DNA from: Candidatus Zipacnadia bacterium
GTDB lineage: Bacteria > Armatimonadota > Zipacnadia > Zipacnadales > UBA5352
Direction of reading: 5' to 3'
NCBI GenBank assembly: GCA_029821635.1
Contig: JALGSW010000047.1
Location: forward strand, 5,026-69,025
Length of the DNA: 64,000 nucleotides
Part shown: piece by piece, positions 17,843 to 27,524 of the stretch
Position numbering within the stretch: the stretch's first letter is position 1
How the letters are laid out: each line of letters begins with the position of its first letter
Program-made: the position numbers and the translations under genes
Notes under the pieces: generated by a model
The model's input: only the letters and a program-made list of their open reading frames with translations
The model's database searches: none
What the model was told of the DNA's origin: nothing

Positions 17843-18955
17843 ATGGCGGAGATGACCGGAGTTGAGCGCTGTATGACCGCGCTGCGCCTCGGGCAGCCCG
17901 ATCGCGTTCCCGTCTGGGAGCTGATCGTGAATGACCCGGTGGTGCACGCGCTGATGGGCCCCGACGCGACCTACGCGGACCTCGTGGACGCGGAGCTGGA
18001 TGGCATCACGGTGGTGGAGGACCAGCGGATGGAGGACATCGACGCGACGCACAAACGCGATGAGTGGGGCATCGTGTGGGGCTACGGGGACGATGGTATC
18101 CCCTACCCCGCCGGGCACCCGCTGGAGAGCTGGGACGACCTCGCCGGCTGGCGGCCGCCCGATCCGGAGGCCGACTACCGGCTGGATGGGCTGGCGGAGA
18201 TCATCGAGCGCTTCAAGGGCCGCAAGGCGATCGTCTTCCTCGGCCACGACAGCTTCGAGTTCACGCACTACCTGCGCGGCATGGACCGACTCTTCATGGA
18301 CTACGTGCTGGAGCCGGAGAGGGTGCACGAACTGTCGCGCATGGTCATCGATTACAAGAAACGCGTGATGGAGCGGGCGCTTGAGATGGGCGCGGACATC
18401 GGCCTGACCGGCGATGACTACTGCCATCGCCAGGCGCCGATGATGTCGCCCACGCACTTCGATCAGTTCATCCAGCCCTACCTCGCGGAGATGGTCGAGG
18501 TGACGCACGCGGCGGGCGCGCCGTTCGTGAAGCACACGGACGGGAACATCTGGCCCCTCTTCGACTCGATGATCGACGCGGGCATCGACGCCATCGACCC
18601 GCTGGAGCCGATCGCGCACATGGACATCGGCGAGGTCAAGGAGGCATACGGTGACCGCGTCGCGCTGTGCGGGAACGTGGACTGCGGCGAGCTGCTCTCG
18701 CGCGGCACGCCCGAGCAGGTGGTCGAGGCGGTCAAAGAGACCATCGCGAAGGGCTCACCGGGCGGCGGGCACATCCTCGCGTCGAGCAACTCCATCCACC
18801 CGGCGGTGAAGCCGGAGAACTACCGCGCGATGCTCGACACGGCGCGCGAGTTCGGCCGCTATCCGCTCGACGAAGCCATGGTCGAGGAATACCGGCAGAA
18901 GAGTTACATCGAGCGCATCAGCGGCGAAGAGTACACGACGTTCAGTCGCGTCTGA
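17843..18955 (+). CDS. Uroporphyrinogen decarboxylase (URO-D) family protein, function unknown (paralog 1)
   Basis: 370 aa. MAEMTGVERCMTALRLGQPDRVPVWE..., ...FVKHTDGNIWPLFDSMIDAGIDAIDPLEP... are typical URO-D/MtaA-like TIM barrel features. ATG 17843 after AAGGGTGAG. Confidence 0.75.
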   Translation: MAEMTGVERCMTALRLGQPDRVPVWELIVNDPVVHALMGPDATYADLVDAELDGITVVEDQRMEDIDATHKRDEWGIVWGYGDDGIPYPAGHPLESWDDLAGWRPPDPEADYRLDGLAEIIERFKGRKAIVFLGHDSFEFTHYLRGMDRLFMDYVLEPERVHELSRMVIDYKKRVMERALEMGADIGLTGDDYCHRQAPMMSPTHFDQFIQPYLAEMVEVTHAAGAPFVKHTDGNIWPLFDSMIDAGIDAIDPLEPIAHMDIGEVKEAYGDRVALCGNVDCGELLSRGTPEQVVEAVKETIAKGSPGGGHILASSNSIHPAVKPENYRAMLDTAREFGRYPLDEAMVEEYRQKSYIERISGEEYTTFSRV

Positions 18956-18966
18956 AGGGGTCCGAC

Positions 18967-20781
18967 ATGAACGAGGCAGTTGCCGCTCAAAGAGACCGCG
19001 AGATCCGGCTGCAGCACCGCCTGAAGACGCTCGGGCATCGTTTCTACGACCCGCCCGAGGCTCTGCTGAAGCAGTGGAACGAGTTCTTCCTGCGCTTCAA
19101 CGGCTACACGATCGGGCAGCACTCGGTGGAGTACGCGCTCCTGCTGCTCGCGGGCGACGACAACGTGTATGTGATCGACGACGCGATCGAGGCGAACCGG
19201 ATCATCCGGCGAGTGCTCGAGCACCAGGTGCTGGACCCGGAGGACGAGCGCTTCGGCAACTTCCGCTGGATGACGCACTGGGACCGGGTGAAGGACCGCA
19301 ACGCGGTCTCGTTCCTCGCGCCGGGCCTGGCACACGCCTACATGGCCTTCGGGGAGAAGCTGGAGGACGAGACGCGCGACGCGCTGGAGCGGGCCTTCGA
19401 GCCGATGCTGGCGGGCGCGTTCGGCCACGGGGCGACGTGGAGCTACACGAACATCTGGGCGCTGAACCTCGGGGCGACGGTCGCCCTCGCGCGCATCCTC
19501 GACGATGCCGAGGCGCACGAGCGCGCGGTCGCGAGCTTCGACGAGTGGGTCGAGCACACCAGCGCGGGCGGCATGCACGAGTTCAACAGCCCCACGTACA
19601 CTTCGGTCACGATGAGCGGAATCGAGCACGCCTGGGCACACACGCCCGACGAGGCCTTCCGGGCGCGTCTGGAGCGCGCGCTGGACTACTTCAGCTACCA
19701 GCTCGCGGTCAACCTCTTCTCGACCGGCTTCCCGGCCGGGGCTGCATCACGGGCGTACTCACGCGACCTGCTCCGCGGCAACGGCCTCGGAACGTACTGG
19801 GCGCACGTGAAGTTCGGCACGCCGCTGCGCGACTGCCCCGAGGACGAGCAGCACCAGGCGCGGCTGACGCCGATCAACTACACGCTGCACGGCTACGTGC
19901 CGCCGCGGGCGGCTCGGGGGCTGGCGACGAGCAATCGCGAAGACACGATCCTCGACCGCACGGTTCCGCTGAACTCGCGGCGCACGCACATGATGCGGCC
20001 GGGCTGGTCGCTGGCGTCGCAGACCGTGCCGAGGGTGGGCGGGCACTCGCCCTCGCCCTACCTGCTCTTGGTGCGCGACTCGCATGACAACCGCGCCAGC
20101 GTCGTGATCGCACCCGACGAGACCTTCACGCACCGGCCCTGCGCGGGCTTCGACAGCGTACAGGAGGGCGGGCGGGTGCTCGGGCGGCTGCACTGCGAGC
20201 CGACCGATGAGGAGCGCACGAAGGCCGCCGCCGACCCCGAGTACATCTGCGAGCCACGCGTGCTGTTCGGCCGCCGCGAGGCGATCGAGCAGGTGCGCGT
20301 CGGCAACGTGGACTGGGGTGGCGCGCCGGTCGCGGTGGAGCCGGGGCAGGCCCTGGCGGTGCAGTACGCCGGGCTGCAGATCGGGCTCATCGCGCTGCCG
20401 CTGGCGCAGGACGGCACACTGGTCGAGGGCCGCATGACGCTCGCGTTCGGCGAGGATGATGAGCTGCGTCTGAACGTGCTGATGTTCGGCGACGACGCCG
20501 AACCGGTGGACGTGCTGGTGCTCGTGGATGCGCGCGATCCCGACGGCGACCTCGGCGACTACGCCGCGTGGCTGCGCGGATGGGAACTTGTGCGCGAGGG
20601 CGCGGGCGAGCACCCGAGCCTGTCCGCCATGCACCCCGATGCGCCTGCGCTGCGCTGGCCGATGCAGGACGACCCGCTCGGCGACGCGCTGCACAGTTCC
20701 TCGGCGCTGACGATCATGCCCGGCGACCTGAAGGCGTGGATCGACGGCGAGCTGCAGATCGAGGCCCTCAGCGCGAAGTGA
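18967..20781 (+). CDS. Hypothetical cytoplasmic protein, possibly alpha/alpha-toroid glycan-active fold
   Basis: 604-aa ORF from ATG 18967 with no signal peptide and high third-position GC. Helical-repeat-like N-half (EFNSPTYTSV, WALNLG) and beta-rich C-half. No family recognised with confidence. Confidence 0.6.
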   Translation: MNEAVAAQRDREIRLQHRLKTLGHRFYDPPEALLKQWNEFFLRFNGYTIGQHSVEYALLLLAGDDNVYVIDDAIEANRIIRRVLEHQVLDPEDERFGNFRWMTHWDRVKDRNAVSFLAPGLAHAYMAFGEKLEDETRDALERAFEPMLAGAFGHGATWSYTNIWALNLGATVALARILDDAEAHERAVASFDEWVEHTSAGGMHEFNSPTYTSVTMSGIEHAWAHTPDEAFRARLERALDYFSYQLAVNLFSTGFPAGAASRAYSRDLLRGNGLGTYWAHVKFGTPLRDCPEDEQHQARLTPINYTLHGYVPPRAARGLATSNREDTILDRTVPLNSRRTHMMRPGWSLASQTVPRVGGHSPSPYLLLVRDSHDNRASVVIAPDETFTHRPCAGFDSVQEGGRVLGRLHCEPTDEERTKAAADPEYICEPRVLFGRREAIEQVRVGNVDWGGAPVAVEPGQALAVQYAGLQIGLIALPLAQDGTLVEGRMTLAFGEDDELRLNVLMFGDDAEPVDVLVLVDARDPDGDLGDYAAWLRGWELVREGAGEHPSLSAMHPDAPALRWPMQDDPLGDALHSSSALTIMPGDLKAWIDGELQIEALSAK

Positions 20782-20811
20782 CGCCCACGCGAACTGATGG
20801 GAGTGCATGAG

Positions 20812-23685
20812 ATGCGCCAAGCCCTCCGCATATTGCTCTCTACGGCGGCGATCATTGCGGCGTCCGTGGCGGCATTCGCAGAGGCGCCGGTTGACGACCA
20901 CACGCTGCTGATGGCGCGCTTCGACGAAGGTCTCACGGCCGATCCGGGCCCCGGCGAGGCAACCGGCGAGGGCTGGTCGCTCGTGCCCGGCCGCTTCGGG
21001 CAGGGGCTGCGCGTGGACGCCGATCAGACGCTCACGTGGCCGGTGGAGGGGCTGATCGGCACCGAGCAGGGGACGATCGAGCTGTGGATGAAGCGCTGGT
21101 GGTCGGCCGACGAGGAAGTCAAGACCCGCATCGTCGGCTGGAAGACGCCCGCGAACAACTACCTGCGGGTGAACTTCGTCAACGCGCACCGGCTGGGCGT
21201 CTCGATGAGCGGCGGGCCGAAGGGCGCGACCGTCTGGCACCGCGTGGACTACGACCCGGCCGCGTGGGCGGATGACGTGTGGCATCACGTCGCCGCCACG
21301 TGGCAGGGCGGCACGATCCGCTTCTACGTGGACGGCGAGCCCATCCGCACGTCGGCGAAGGACACGCCGATGGTCGAGGCGCCGACGGAGCTGGAGATCG
21401 GGCCCGGGCCGCTGCTGATCGACGATCTGCGCATCTCTGACACGGTGCGCACGGGACAGGAGATCGCGCAGGGCTTCACCGGACGCAGACTCAGCGAGGT
21501 CACGCTGCTGACGGACTGCGAGGCGACGGACTCGGCCCAGGCGTTGGGCGAGGTCGGGATCGACGCCCAGCGCGGCATCGACGAGCGCACGATGCCGCTG
21601 ATGGTGGGCAGGCGCCTCTACGAGCGCGGCGTCGGACTGCGCGCGCCGGGGCGCGTGACGTTCAGCGTGCCGGCGGGCTTCGCGCGGCTGACCGGGGAGG
21701 CCGGCGCCTGCAGCTTCGCCGACGCGCCGCCCGCGGAGATCGCGATCAGCGTGGATGGCGCGGAGGCGTTCGTCACGACCGTCGAGGCCAGCGGGAGCGC
21801 CACTGCGTTCGATATTCCGCTGCCGGGCGCGTGCGAGGTGCGCATCGAGGCTCGGCTCGTGGACGTCGAGGGCCGCGCGCAAGCGCCCATGATTGTGGTC
21901 GGCGATCCGGTGCTCACGCCCGCGGGGCAGGAGCCGCCGGAAGTGCTGGCGCGCCCGATCAGCGACGCTACGGTCGAGATCCAGCGTATGCGCATGGACG
22001 CGACGCGCTTCGGCTTCGACCTGCCCGCCGGGACCGTCGTCTATGCGCTGTTCCCGGACCACCCCGTCGATGCAATCGATCCGGCGGTGCAGCCGCGCGC
22101 GCAGCTCGAGGAGCTTGACATCCAGGCCGCTCCGGGGGAGTTCGAGGCCGCGCAGTTCATGCTGTGCACGGGCCTCGACCTGACCGGCGTGCGCGTATCC
22201 TGCAGCGACCTGAACGGCCCTGGCGAGGCGAGCATCCCGGCATCCGCGGTGGACGTGCGACTCATACGCCGGGTGCTGCAGCGTGAGGACTACCGCATCG
22301 GGCGAGCGCCCGGCAACTACACCGCGGTCTCGCGCTTCGTCTTCCCCAACCGGGCGTTCTGGCTGCCCGCGGGCAACCTCAAGCAGCTCCACCTGATCGC
22401 GCACGTGCCCGCGGACGCAACTCCCGGCGACTACGCCGGCACGGTGACGGTCCGCGCAGACGGCGTGCCGGAGACGCAGGTCCCGTTGCGGTTGAGGGTG
22501 CTGCCGATCGAGCTGGTCGAGCACCCGGATCACGGTTACTCGATGTACTACAACGCTCGCTCGGAGGCCGCGTCGCGGCCCGAACTGTTCCGCAACGAGC
22601 TGCGCAACATCCGCGAGCACGGCTGCGGGATGCTCAAGCCGCGCGGCACCGGGATCGTCTTCGAGCAAGACGAGGCCGGTGAGATTACGTGGAGCCTCGA
22701 GGGCATCCGCACTGTGCTCGACGTGCTGCGCGAGGAGGGCTTTGGCGGGCCGATCCCGCTGGCCGATAGCGCACGCAAGCTCGGGGGGCTGCTCGACGTC
22801 GCGGGACTGACGGCGGGCGACGCCTCCGACGCGCTGCATGAGAGCGCCGAGGCAAACCGCCTGATGGCCGGTGCGCTGGCGGAGCTGGAGGCGCTGAGCG
22901 CGAAGTACCCGGAGTTCGAGTTCCTGACGCAGCATGGCGACGAGGTCCTGGGCGATGCGAAGCGCTACCCGTTCATCGACCACTCGAAGCTGGTGCGGCC
23001 GCACACGGCCCTGCGCAACTACATGACCGTGCACATGATCCCGGGGGCATGGGAGGAGCCGACCGCGGAGATCGATCAGTTCGTGGACATCCGCTGCCTC
23101 AACGGGCACTCGGTGGAGGCGTGGCTGCACGATGGGCACGACTTCGCGGAGTTGGCGCAGCTCGCGGAGGCGTCGGGCGACGAACTGTGGATCTACCACA
23201 ACATGCGCGGCGCGCACTTCATGCCCGAGTGGAACCGCATTCTGCAGGGCCTCTACATGTGGCAGTCGCCGCTGAGGGTGCACGTCCCGTGGATGTGGAA
23301 CTCTTACGGGGGCGACCCGTTCGATGACACGGACGCCGAGCGCTACGATTTCGGCTATGCATTCCCGCTGGACGATCGGGGCGAGCAGATCGTCTCGACG
23401 CTGCACTGGGAGGCGTGCCGTGAAGGAGTTGACGACATTCGTTACGTCGCGACCCTCGAAGCGGCGGTTGAGCGGGCAGATGAGCGGGGTATTGATACAG
23501 CCGGGGCACAGGCGGCCCTCGACGCGGCCGCCGGGATGCTGCCGAAGCTGCCGGACGAGATCGAGCAGGTCGAGGGCGAGAGCCCGCTGCTGATCGTCGC
23601 GGCTGCGCGGCACACCGGAGCGGACCGGGACCGGATGCGTGCGGAGCTGGCGCGGCAGATCATCGCGCTGAATGCGAAACTCTGA
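20812..23685 (+). CDS. Secreted LamG/concanavalin-like + NPCBM-like + DUF4091-like (putative glycoside hydrolase) protein
   Basis: Signal MRQALRILLSTAAIIAASVAAFA. LamG-like WHHVAATWQGGTIRFYVDGEPI...LIDDLRISD. NPCBM-like MVGRRLYERGVGLRAPGRVTFSVP. C-terminal WIYHNMRG...LYMWQSPLRVHVPWMWNSYGGDPFDD resembles DUF4091. Confidence 0.7.
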   Translation: MRQALRILLSTAAIIAASVAAFAEAPVDDHTLLMARFDEGLTADPGPGEATGEGWSLVPGRFGQGLRVDADQTLTWPVEGLIGTEQGTIELWMKRWWSADEEVKTRIVGWKTPANNYLRVNFVNAHRLGVSMSGGPKGATVWHRVDYDPAAWADDVWHHVAATWQGGTIRFYVDGEPIRTSAKDTPMVEAPTELEIGPGPLLIDDLRISDTVRTGQEIAQGFTGRRLSEVTLLTDCEATDSAQALGEVGIDAQRGIDERTMPLMVGRRLYERGVGLRAPGRVTFSVPAGFARLTGEAGACSFADAPPAEIAISVDGAEAFVTTVEASGSATAFDIPLPGACEVRIEARLVDVEGRAQAPMIVVGDPVLTPAGQEPPEVLARPISDATVEIQRMRMDATRFGFDLPAGTVVYALFPDHPVDAIDPAVQPRAQLEELDIQAAPGEFEAAQFMLCTGLDLTGVRVSCSDLNGPGEASIPASAVDVRLIRRVLQREDYRIGRAPGNYTAVSRFVFPNRAFWLPAGNLKQLHLIAHVPADATPGDYAGTVTVRADGVPETQVPLRLRVLPIELVEHPDHGYSMYYNARSEAASRPELFRNELRNIREHGCGMLKPRGTGIVFEQDEAGEITWSLEGIRTVLDVLREEGFGGPIPLADSARKLGGLLDVAGLTAGDASDALHESAEANRLMAGALAELEALSAKYPEFEFLTQHGDEVLGDAKRYPFIDHSKLVRPHTALRNYMTVHMIPGAWEEPTAEIDQFVDIRCLNGHSVEAWLHDGHDFAELAQLAEASGDELWIYHNMRGAHFMPEWNRILQGLYMWQSPLRVHVPWMWNSYGGDPFDDTDAERYDFGYAFPLDDRGEQIVSTLHWEACREGVDDIRYVATLEAAVERADERGIDTAGAQAALDAAAGMLPKLPDEIEQVEGESPLLIVAAARHTGADRDRMRAELARQIIALNAKL

Positions 23686-23733
23686 GGCCCGCCCGCACGT
23701 CAAACCGGTCAGGACGCTCAGGAGGAGACACTC

Positions 23734-26700
23734 ATGGGACGGCGCCGCCGCCCGTTGACGATGATCACGCTCGCGCTCGCCGTGGCGCTGACCGCATGCG
23801 CGCCCGCGATGGCCGCCGACACGTATGAGCCGGACAACAGCCCCGGACAGGCCCGGAAGATCACCACGGACGGCGTCGCGCAGACACACGAGATCCAGCC
23901 CGCATCCGACGTGGACTACGTGCGCTTCAGCGTGGTCGCCGGGACGCAGTGCAGCATCGAGACGAGTGCGACCGCCAGCGCGGCCGTCAACGACACAGTC
24001 ATCACGCTCTTTGGGACGGACGGGCTGTCCGTGCTGGGCGAAGATGACGACAGCGGCGACGGACTCTACTCGCTCCTGACGCACACATTCGCCGCGAGCG
24101 GGACGTACTACGTGCGCGTGCGCTCCTACGGCGCGCAGCACACCGGCGGCTACCGGCTCTCGGTGCGCGCCGCCATCTCCACGGGCCTCCAGGGCACGGT
24201 CACGCGCGACGGCCAACCCGCGTCGGGCGTGGTGATCTGGGTGCGGCCGGCGGGTAGCGGCTTCGATCGCCCGACGCACATCACCACAACGGAGGCCGGC
24301 GGAAGCTACGCGCTGTCGGTGGCGCCCGGCGCATACGCGGTCAGCGCGCACCTCGCGGGCACGGTCGCGAGCCCTGCCGAGCAGCAGATCGCGGTGCCGG
24401 GTGGCGGTGCGGCAGACTTCACCCTCACGTCAGCGGCGCCGACGCCCGGCGACGGTGTGCAGACCTGCCGCGCGGTGCTGGTGGGCATCGCCGACTACGC
24501 CGGCAGCGGCATGGACCTGACGTACTGCGACGACGACGCGCTTGAGTTCGGCGCAGCGCTTTCGGGCGCGGGGAACTGGCGGCAGGAGAACATCACGATC
24601 ATCGTGGACCGCCAGGCGAACCGCGCGGCTATCTGGGGCGCGCTGCAGCGCATGGCGACCCTCTCTGACGCCGACGACCTCTGCCTGTTCTTCTTCAGCG
24701 GCCACGGCGCCCGCGGACCGGACGTCGCGCCCTTCGACGAGGGGGGCGGGCAGGATGAGTTCCTCGTCGAGAGCGACGATGAGCAGAACATCCGCGACGA
24801 CGAACTCGGGCAGTGGATCGCGGACCTGCCGACGACCAAGTTCGTCGGCATCATCGCGGCGTGCTACTCCGGGGGCATGATCAAGGCCGCAAGCGCGGGA
24901 ACGCACGCAAGCATGACGGCGAAGGGCCTGGGCACGCCTGAGCCCGCGGCGATCGCCGACGGCTTCGCGGACGACCTGCGCCGCGCGATCGAGCGCAAAC
25001 GGCAGATGACCCCGCTGGACCTTGATGACAACGGTTTCGGCGTGGTCATCACCGCCGCCGATGACGACGAGACCTGTCAGGAATCCGAGCAGCTCGAACA
25101 CGACGTGTTCGTCTACTACGTGCTCGAGGGCATGGGCGGGCCGGCCGATGCGAACAGCGACGGCTGGTTCTCGGCCGAGGAGATCTACGCCTACGGCAAC
25201 CCGCGCGCGACCGCGTTCAACTCCGGCCAGCACGCGCAGCTCTACGACGCGCTGCCGGGCGTGCCGCTGAACTTCTTCGACCGCAACCCCGCGCCGCAGC
25301 GCACCGTGACGATCACAGGCGGCCCGTCCGGCACGCCCGCGGTGGTGCAGCCGGGCGGTGAGGCCGCGTGCACCGTGACCGCCGTGGACAGCTACGGCGG
25401 CGGGCTCGGCTACGCGTGGACCGCGACCGCGGGGAGCTTCGACGACGACGCATCGCCCACGCCCACCTGGACCGCGCCCGCCAACACCACCGGCGCCGAC
25501 CTCGCGGTCACGATCGCCGTCACCGCGCGCTCGCTGGCGGAGCCGGCCGTGACCGACGACGGCTCGTTCGCGGTCACCGTGCTGCCCGGCCAGCAGGGCG
25601 ACGTGCGCATCACCGACGGCCCGAGCGCCGATCCGGCGCCGGTGGCACCCGGCGAGGCGGTGCAGTGCTCGGTCGAAGCGACCGATGGCGCCGGTGGAGC
25701 GCTCGACTACGCTTGGCAGGCGCGCGACCCGTCAGGCGACCCGATCGGCGGCTTCGACGACGCCTCCGCGCGCGAGCCGGCGTGGACACCGCCCGCGGGG
25801 GCGAACGGCACATACACGCTCTCCGTGACGGTCAGCTCGCAGGCCGCGCCGGAGCAGACCGACGCGGGCGTGGTCGAGGTGCGCGTGGCGACTCGTCTCG
25901 CGCACAGCTTCCCCGCAGGCGTGCGGATGGTCGCGCTCCCCGGCACGGCGGCGAGCATGACGCTCGGGCAGGCGCTCGGCGCGTCGGCGGTCGCGAGCTG
26001 GGACGCGGCCACGCAGGCCTACTCCGACGCCGACCCCACTGCCGACGCGGGCGCGGGTTGCTGGGCGCGCTTCGATGCCGCCACGAACGCGGCGGTGCTG
26101 TGCGAAGCGTGGCCGCAGGATGCGTTCACCTGGGAGCTCGCCACGGGATGGAACATGATCGCGCTGCCGTGGAACGCGCGGGTGTCCCTCAGCGGCCTGA
26201 CGACGGCCCCGTCCGGAGCCGTGCCGCAGCTTGCGTGGACCTGCACCGGCGGCGGATACGACCTCGTCTCGGGGTTGGGCATCCCGATCGGAGCCGAGGA
26301 CGAGCTTGGCCCGTGGCAGTCGTACTGGCTCTACGCAAGCGAGGCCTGCACGGCCACGCTCAGCCGCACCGTCGCGTCCGCGGCTGCCGTGGACGCCGCG
26401 ACGCGGGCGGATGGCTGGGCAGTGCGGCTGGAGGCGCGCACGGCATCGGGAAGCGACTCGGCGGCGCTCTGCGGCATGAGCGAGCGAGGGCTGCGCGTGC
26501 CGGACCTCCCCCCCATCGCGGGCGCGCCGGAGCTGGCCCTCGAGGCGGCGTCGGGCGAGCTGCTGGCGGTCGATCTGCGCTCTGACACGGGCGCGGCGCA
26601 GCAGTGGCCGCTGCGTGTGAGCGCGGCCGCGGGCGAGGAGGTCACGGTGCTCTGCCCGGACCTGTCCGCGGTGCCGAACGGGATGCGCGTGGTGCTGGAG

Positions 26701-27102
26701 GATCGTGACGCGGGCCGCGCGGTCTCTCTACGCACGAGCGCAGGCTATCAGTTCACCGCGGCCGAGGGGCCGCGCCGACTCGTGCTGCGCATCGAGCCGG
26801 GCGGGAGCATGCTCGCGCTGAGCGGCGTCAGCGCGCAGCAGGCCCCGGGGGGCGCCTCGATCTGCTTCACGCTGTCGGCGCCGGCGCAGGTGAGCGCGGA
26901 GGTGCTGAACATCGCCGGGCGCGTTGTGCGCCGCGTGGTGACGGACAGACCGGCCTCGGAGGGCGCGCAGGCGCTGGCGTGGGACCTGCGCTCAGACGGC
27001 GGCTCAGCGGTTCCGGCCGGGCGCTACATCGTGCGGCTGACCGCGCGCGCCGAGGACGGCGCAGCGGTCTCGGCACTCGCCCCGCTGGATGTCCGGCGGT
27101 AG
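23734..27102 (+). CDS. Secreted multidomain caspase-family (peptidase C14, orthocaspase) protein
   Basis: Signal peptide. PPC-like pre-peptidase domain (YEPDN...DVDYVRF...YYVRVRSY). CarboxypepD_reg-like segment. C14 domain with His (FFFSGHGARG) and Cys (IIAACYSGGM). Two approximately 95-aa Ig-like internal repeats. C-terminal FlgD-Ig/T9SS-like tail (VLNIAGRVVRR...WDLRSDGGSAVPAGRYIVRL). Confidence 0.8.
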   Translation: MGRRRRPLTMITLALAVALTACAPAMAADTYEPDNSPGQARKITTDGVAQTHEIQPASDVDYVRFSVVAGTQCSIETSATASAAVNDTVITLFGTDGLSVLGEDDDSGDGLYSLLTHTFAASGTYYVRVRSYGAQHTGGYRLSVRAAISTGLQGTVTRDGQPASGVVIWVRPAGSGFDRPTHITTTEAGGSYALSVAPGAYAVSAHLAGTVASPAEQQIAVPGGGAADFTLTSAAPTPGDGVQTCRAVLVGIADYAGSGMDLTYCDDDALEFGAALSGAGNWRQENITIIVDRQANRAAIWGALQRMATLSDADDLCLFFFSGHGARGPDVAPFDEGGGQDEFLVESDDEQNIRDDELGQWIADLPTTKFVGIIAACYSGGMIKAASAGTHASMTAKGLGTPEPAAIADGFADDLRRAIERKRQMTPLDLDDNGFGVVITAADDDETCQESEQLEHDVFVYYVLEGMGGPADANSDGWFSAEEIYAYGNPRATAFNSGQHAQLYDALPGVPLNFFDRNPAPQRTVTITGGPSGTPAVVQPGGEAACTVTAVDSYGGGLGYAWTATAGSFDDDASPTPTWTAPANTTGADLAVTIAVTARSLAEPAVTDDGSFAVTVLPGQQGDVRITDGPSADPAPVAPGEAVQCSVEATDGAGGALDYAWQARDPSGDPIGGFDDASAREPAWTPPAGANGTYTLSVTVSSQAAPEQTDAGVVEVRVATRLAHSFPAGVRMVALPGTAASMTLGQALGASAVASWDAATQAYSDADPTADAGAGCWARFDAATNAAVLCEAWPQDAFTWELATGWNMIALPWNARVSLSGLTTAPSGAVPQLAWTCTGGGYDLVSGLGIPIGAEDELGPWQSYWLYASEACTATLSRTVASAAAVDAATRADGWAVRLEARTASGSDSAALCGMSERGLRVPDLPPIAGAPELALEAASGELLAVDLRSDTGAAQQWPLRVSAAAGEEVTVLCPDLSAVPNGMRVVLEDRDAGRAVSLRTSAGYQFTAAEGPRRLVLRIEPGGSMLALSGVSAQQAPGGASICFTLSAPAQVSAEVLNIAGRVVRRVVTDRPASEGAQALAWDLRSDGGSAVPAGRYIVRLTARAEDGAAVSALAPLDVRR

Positions 27103-27123
27103 CTTGTGGACCGCAGAACTGAC

Positions 27124-27150
27124 GGCGGGCCCGGGGATGCCGGGCCCGCC
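27124..27150. terminator. Bidirectional terminator-like hairpin between convergent genes
   Basis: GGCGGGCCCGG-ggatg-CCGGGCCCGCC, a perfect 11-bp stem. No clear U-tract. Confidence 0.5.
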
Positions 27151-27175
27151 GCGAACGCTTCCGTGTCGAGTGCGC

Positions 27176-27484
27176 TTACGACTGCTCGATCTGCGCCTCG
27201 ACCTCCTGCGCCGTCTCCTCGGTCGCCTCACCGGCGCCCTTCGCATGCTCCTTGAGGTGATCCTCGACCCGCGAGCGCAGACCGTCGTACTTCGTGGCCA
27301 CCTGCGTCTTCATGTCCTCGGCGCGCTCCTTGGCGCGCGTGGCGGCGTCGCCGATCTCACCGCGCAGTTCCTGGCCGGACTTGGGAGCGAGCAGCAGGGC
27401 TACGATCCCGCCGAGCAGCAGTCCCAGGATCATCGCCCCGAATACCGCCAGGACGTCCTTGCCGCCGTCATCACCGTTCGCCAT
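27176..27484 (-). CDS. YtxH-domain general-stress-like membrane protein
   Basis: 102 aa. TM helix then LLAPKSGQELRGEIGD...AKERAEDMK (YtxH signature). GAGGAGG RBS. Confidence 0.8.
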   Translation of the reverse strand: MANGDDGGKDVLAVFGAMILGLLLGGIVALLLAPKSGQELRGEIGDAATRAKERAEDMKTQVATKYDGLRSRVEDHLKEHAKGAGEATEETAQEVEAQIEQS

Positions 27485-27524
27485 CGTCTTCCGCCTCCTC
27501 AGTCACTGCCGAACATGTCCCCGC

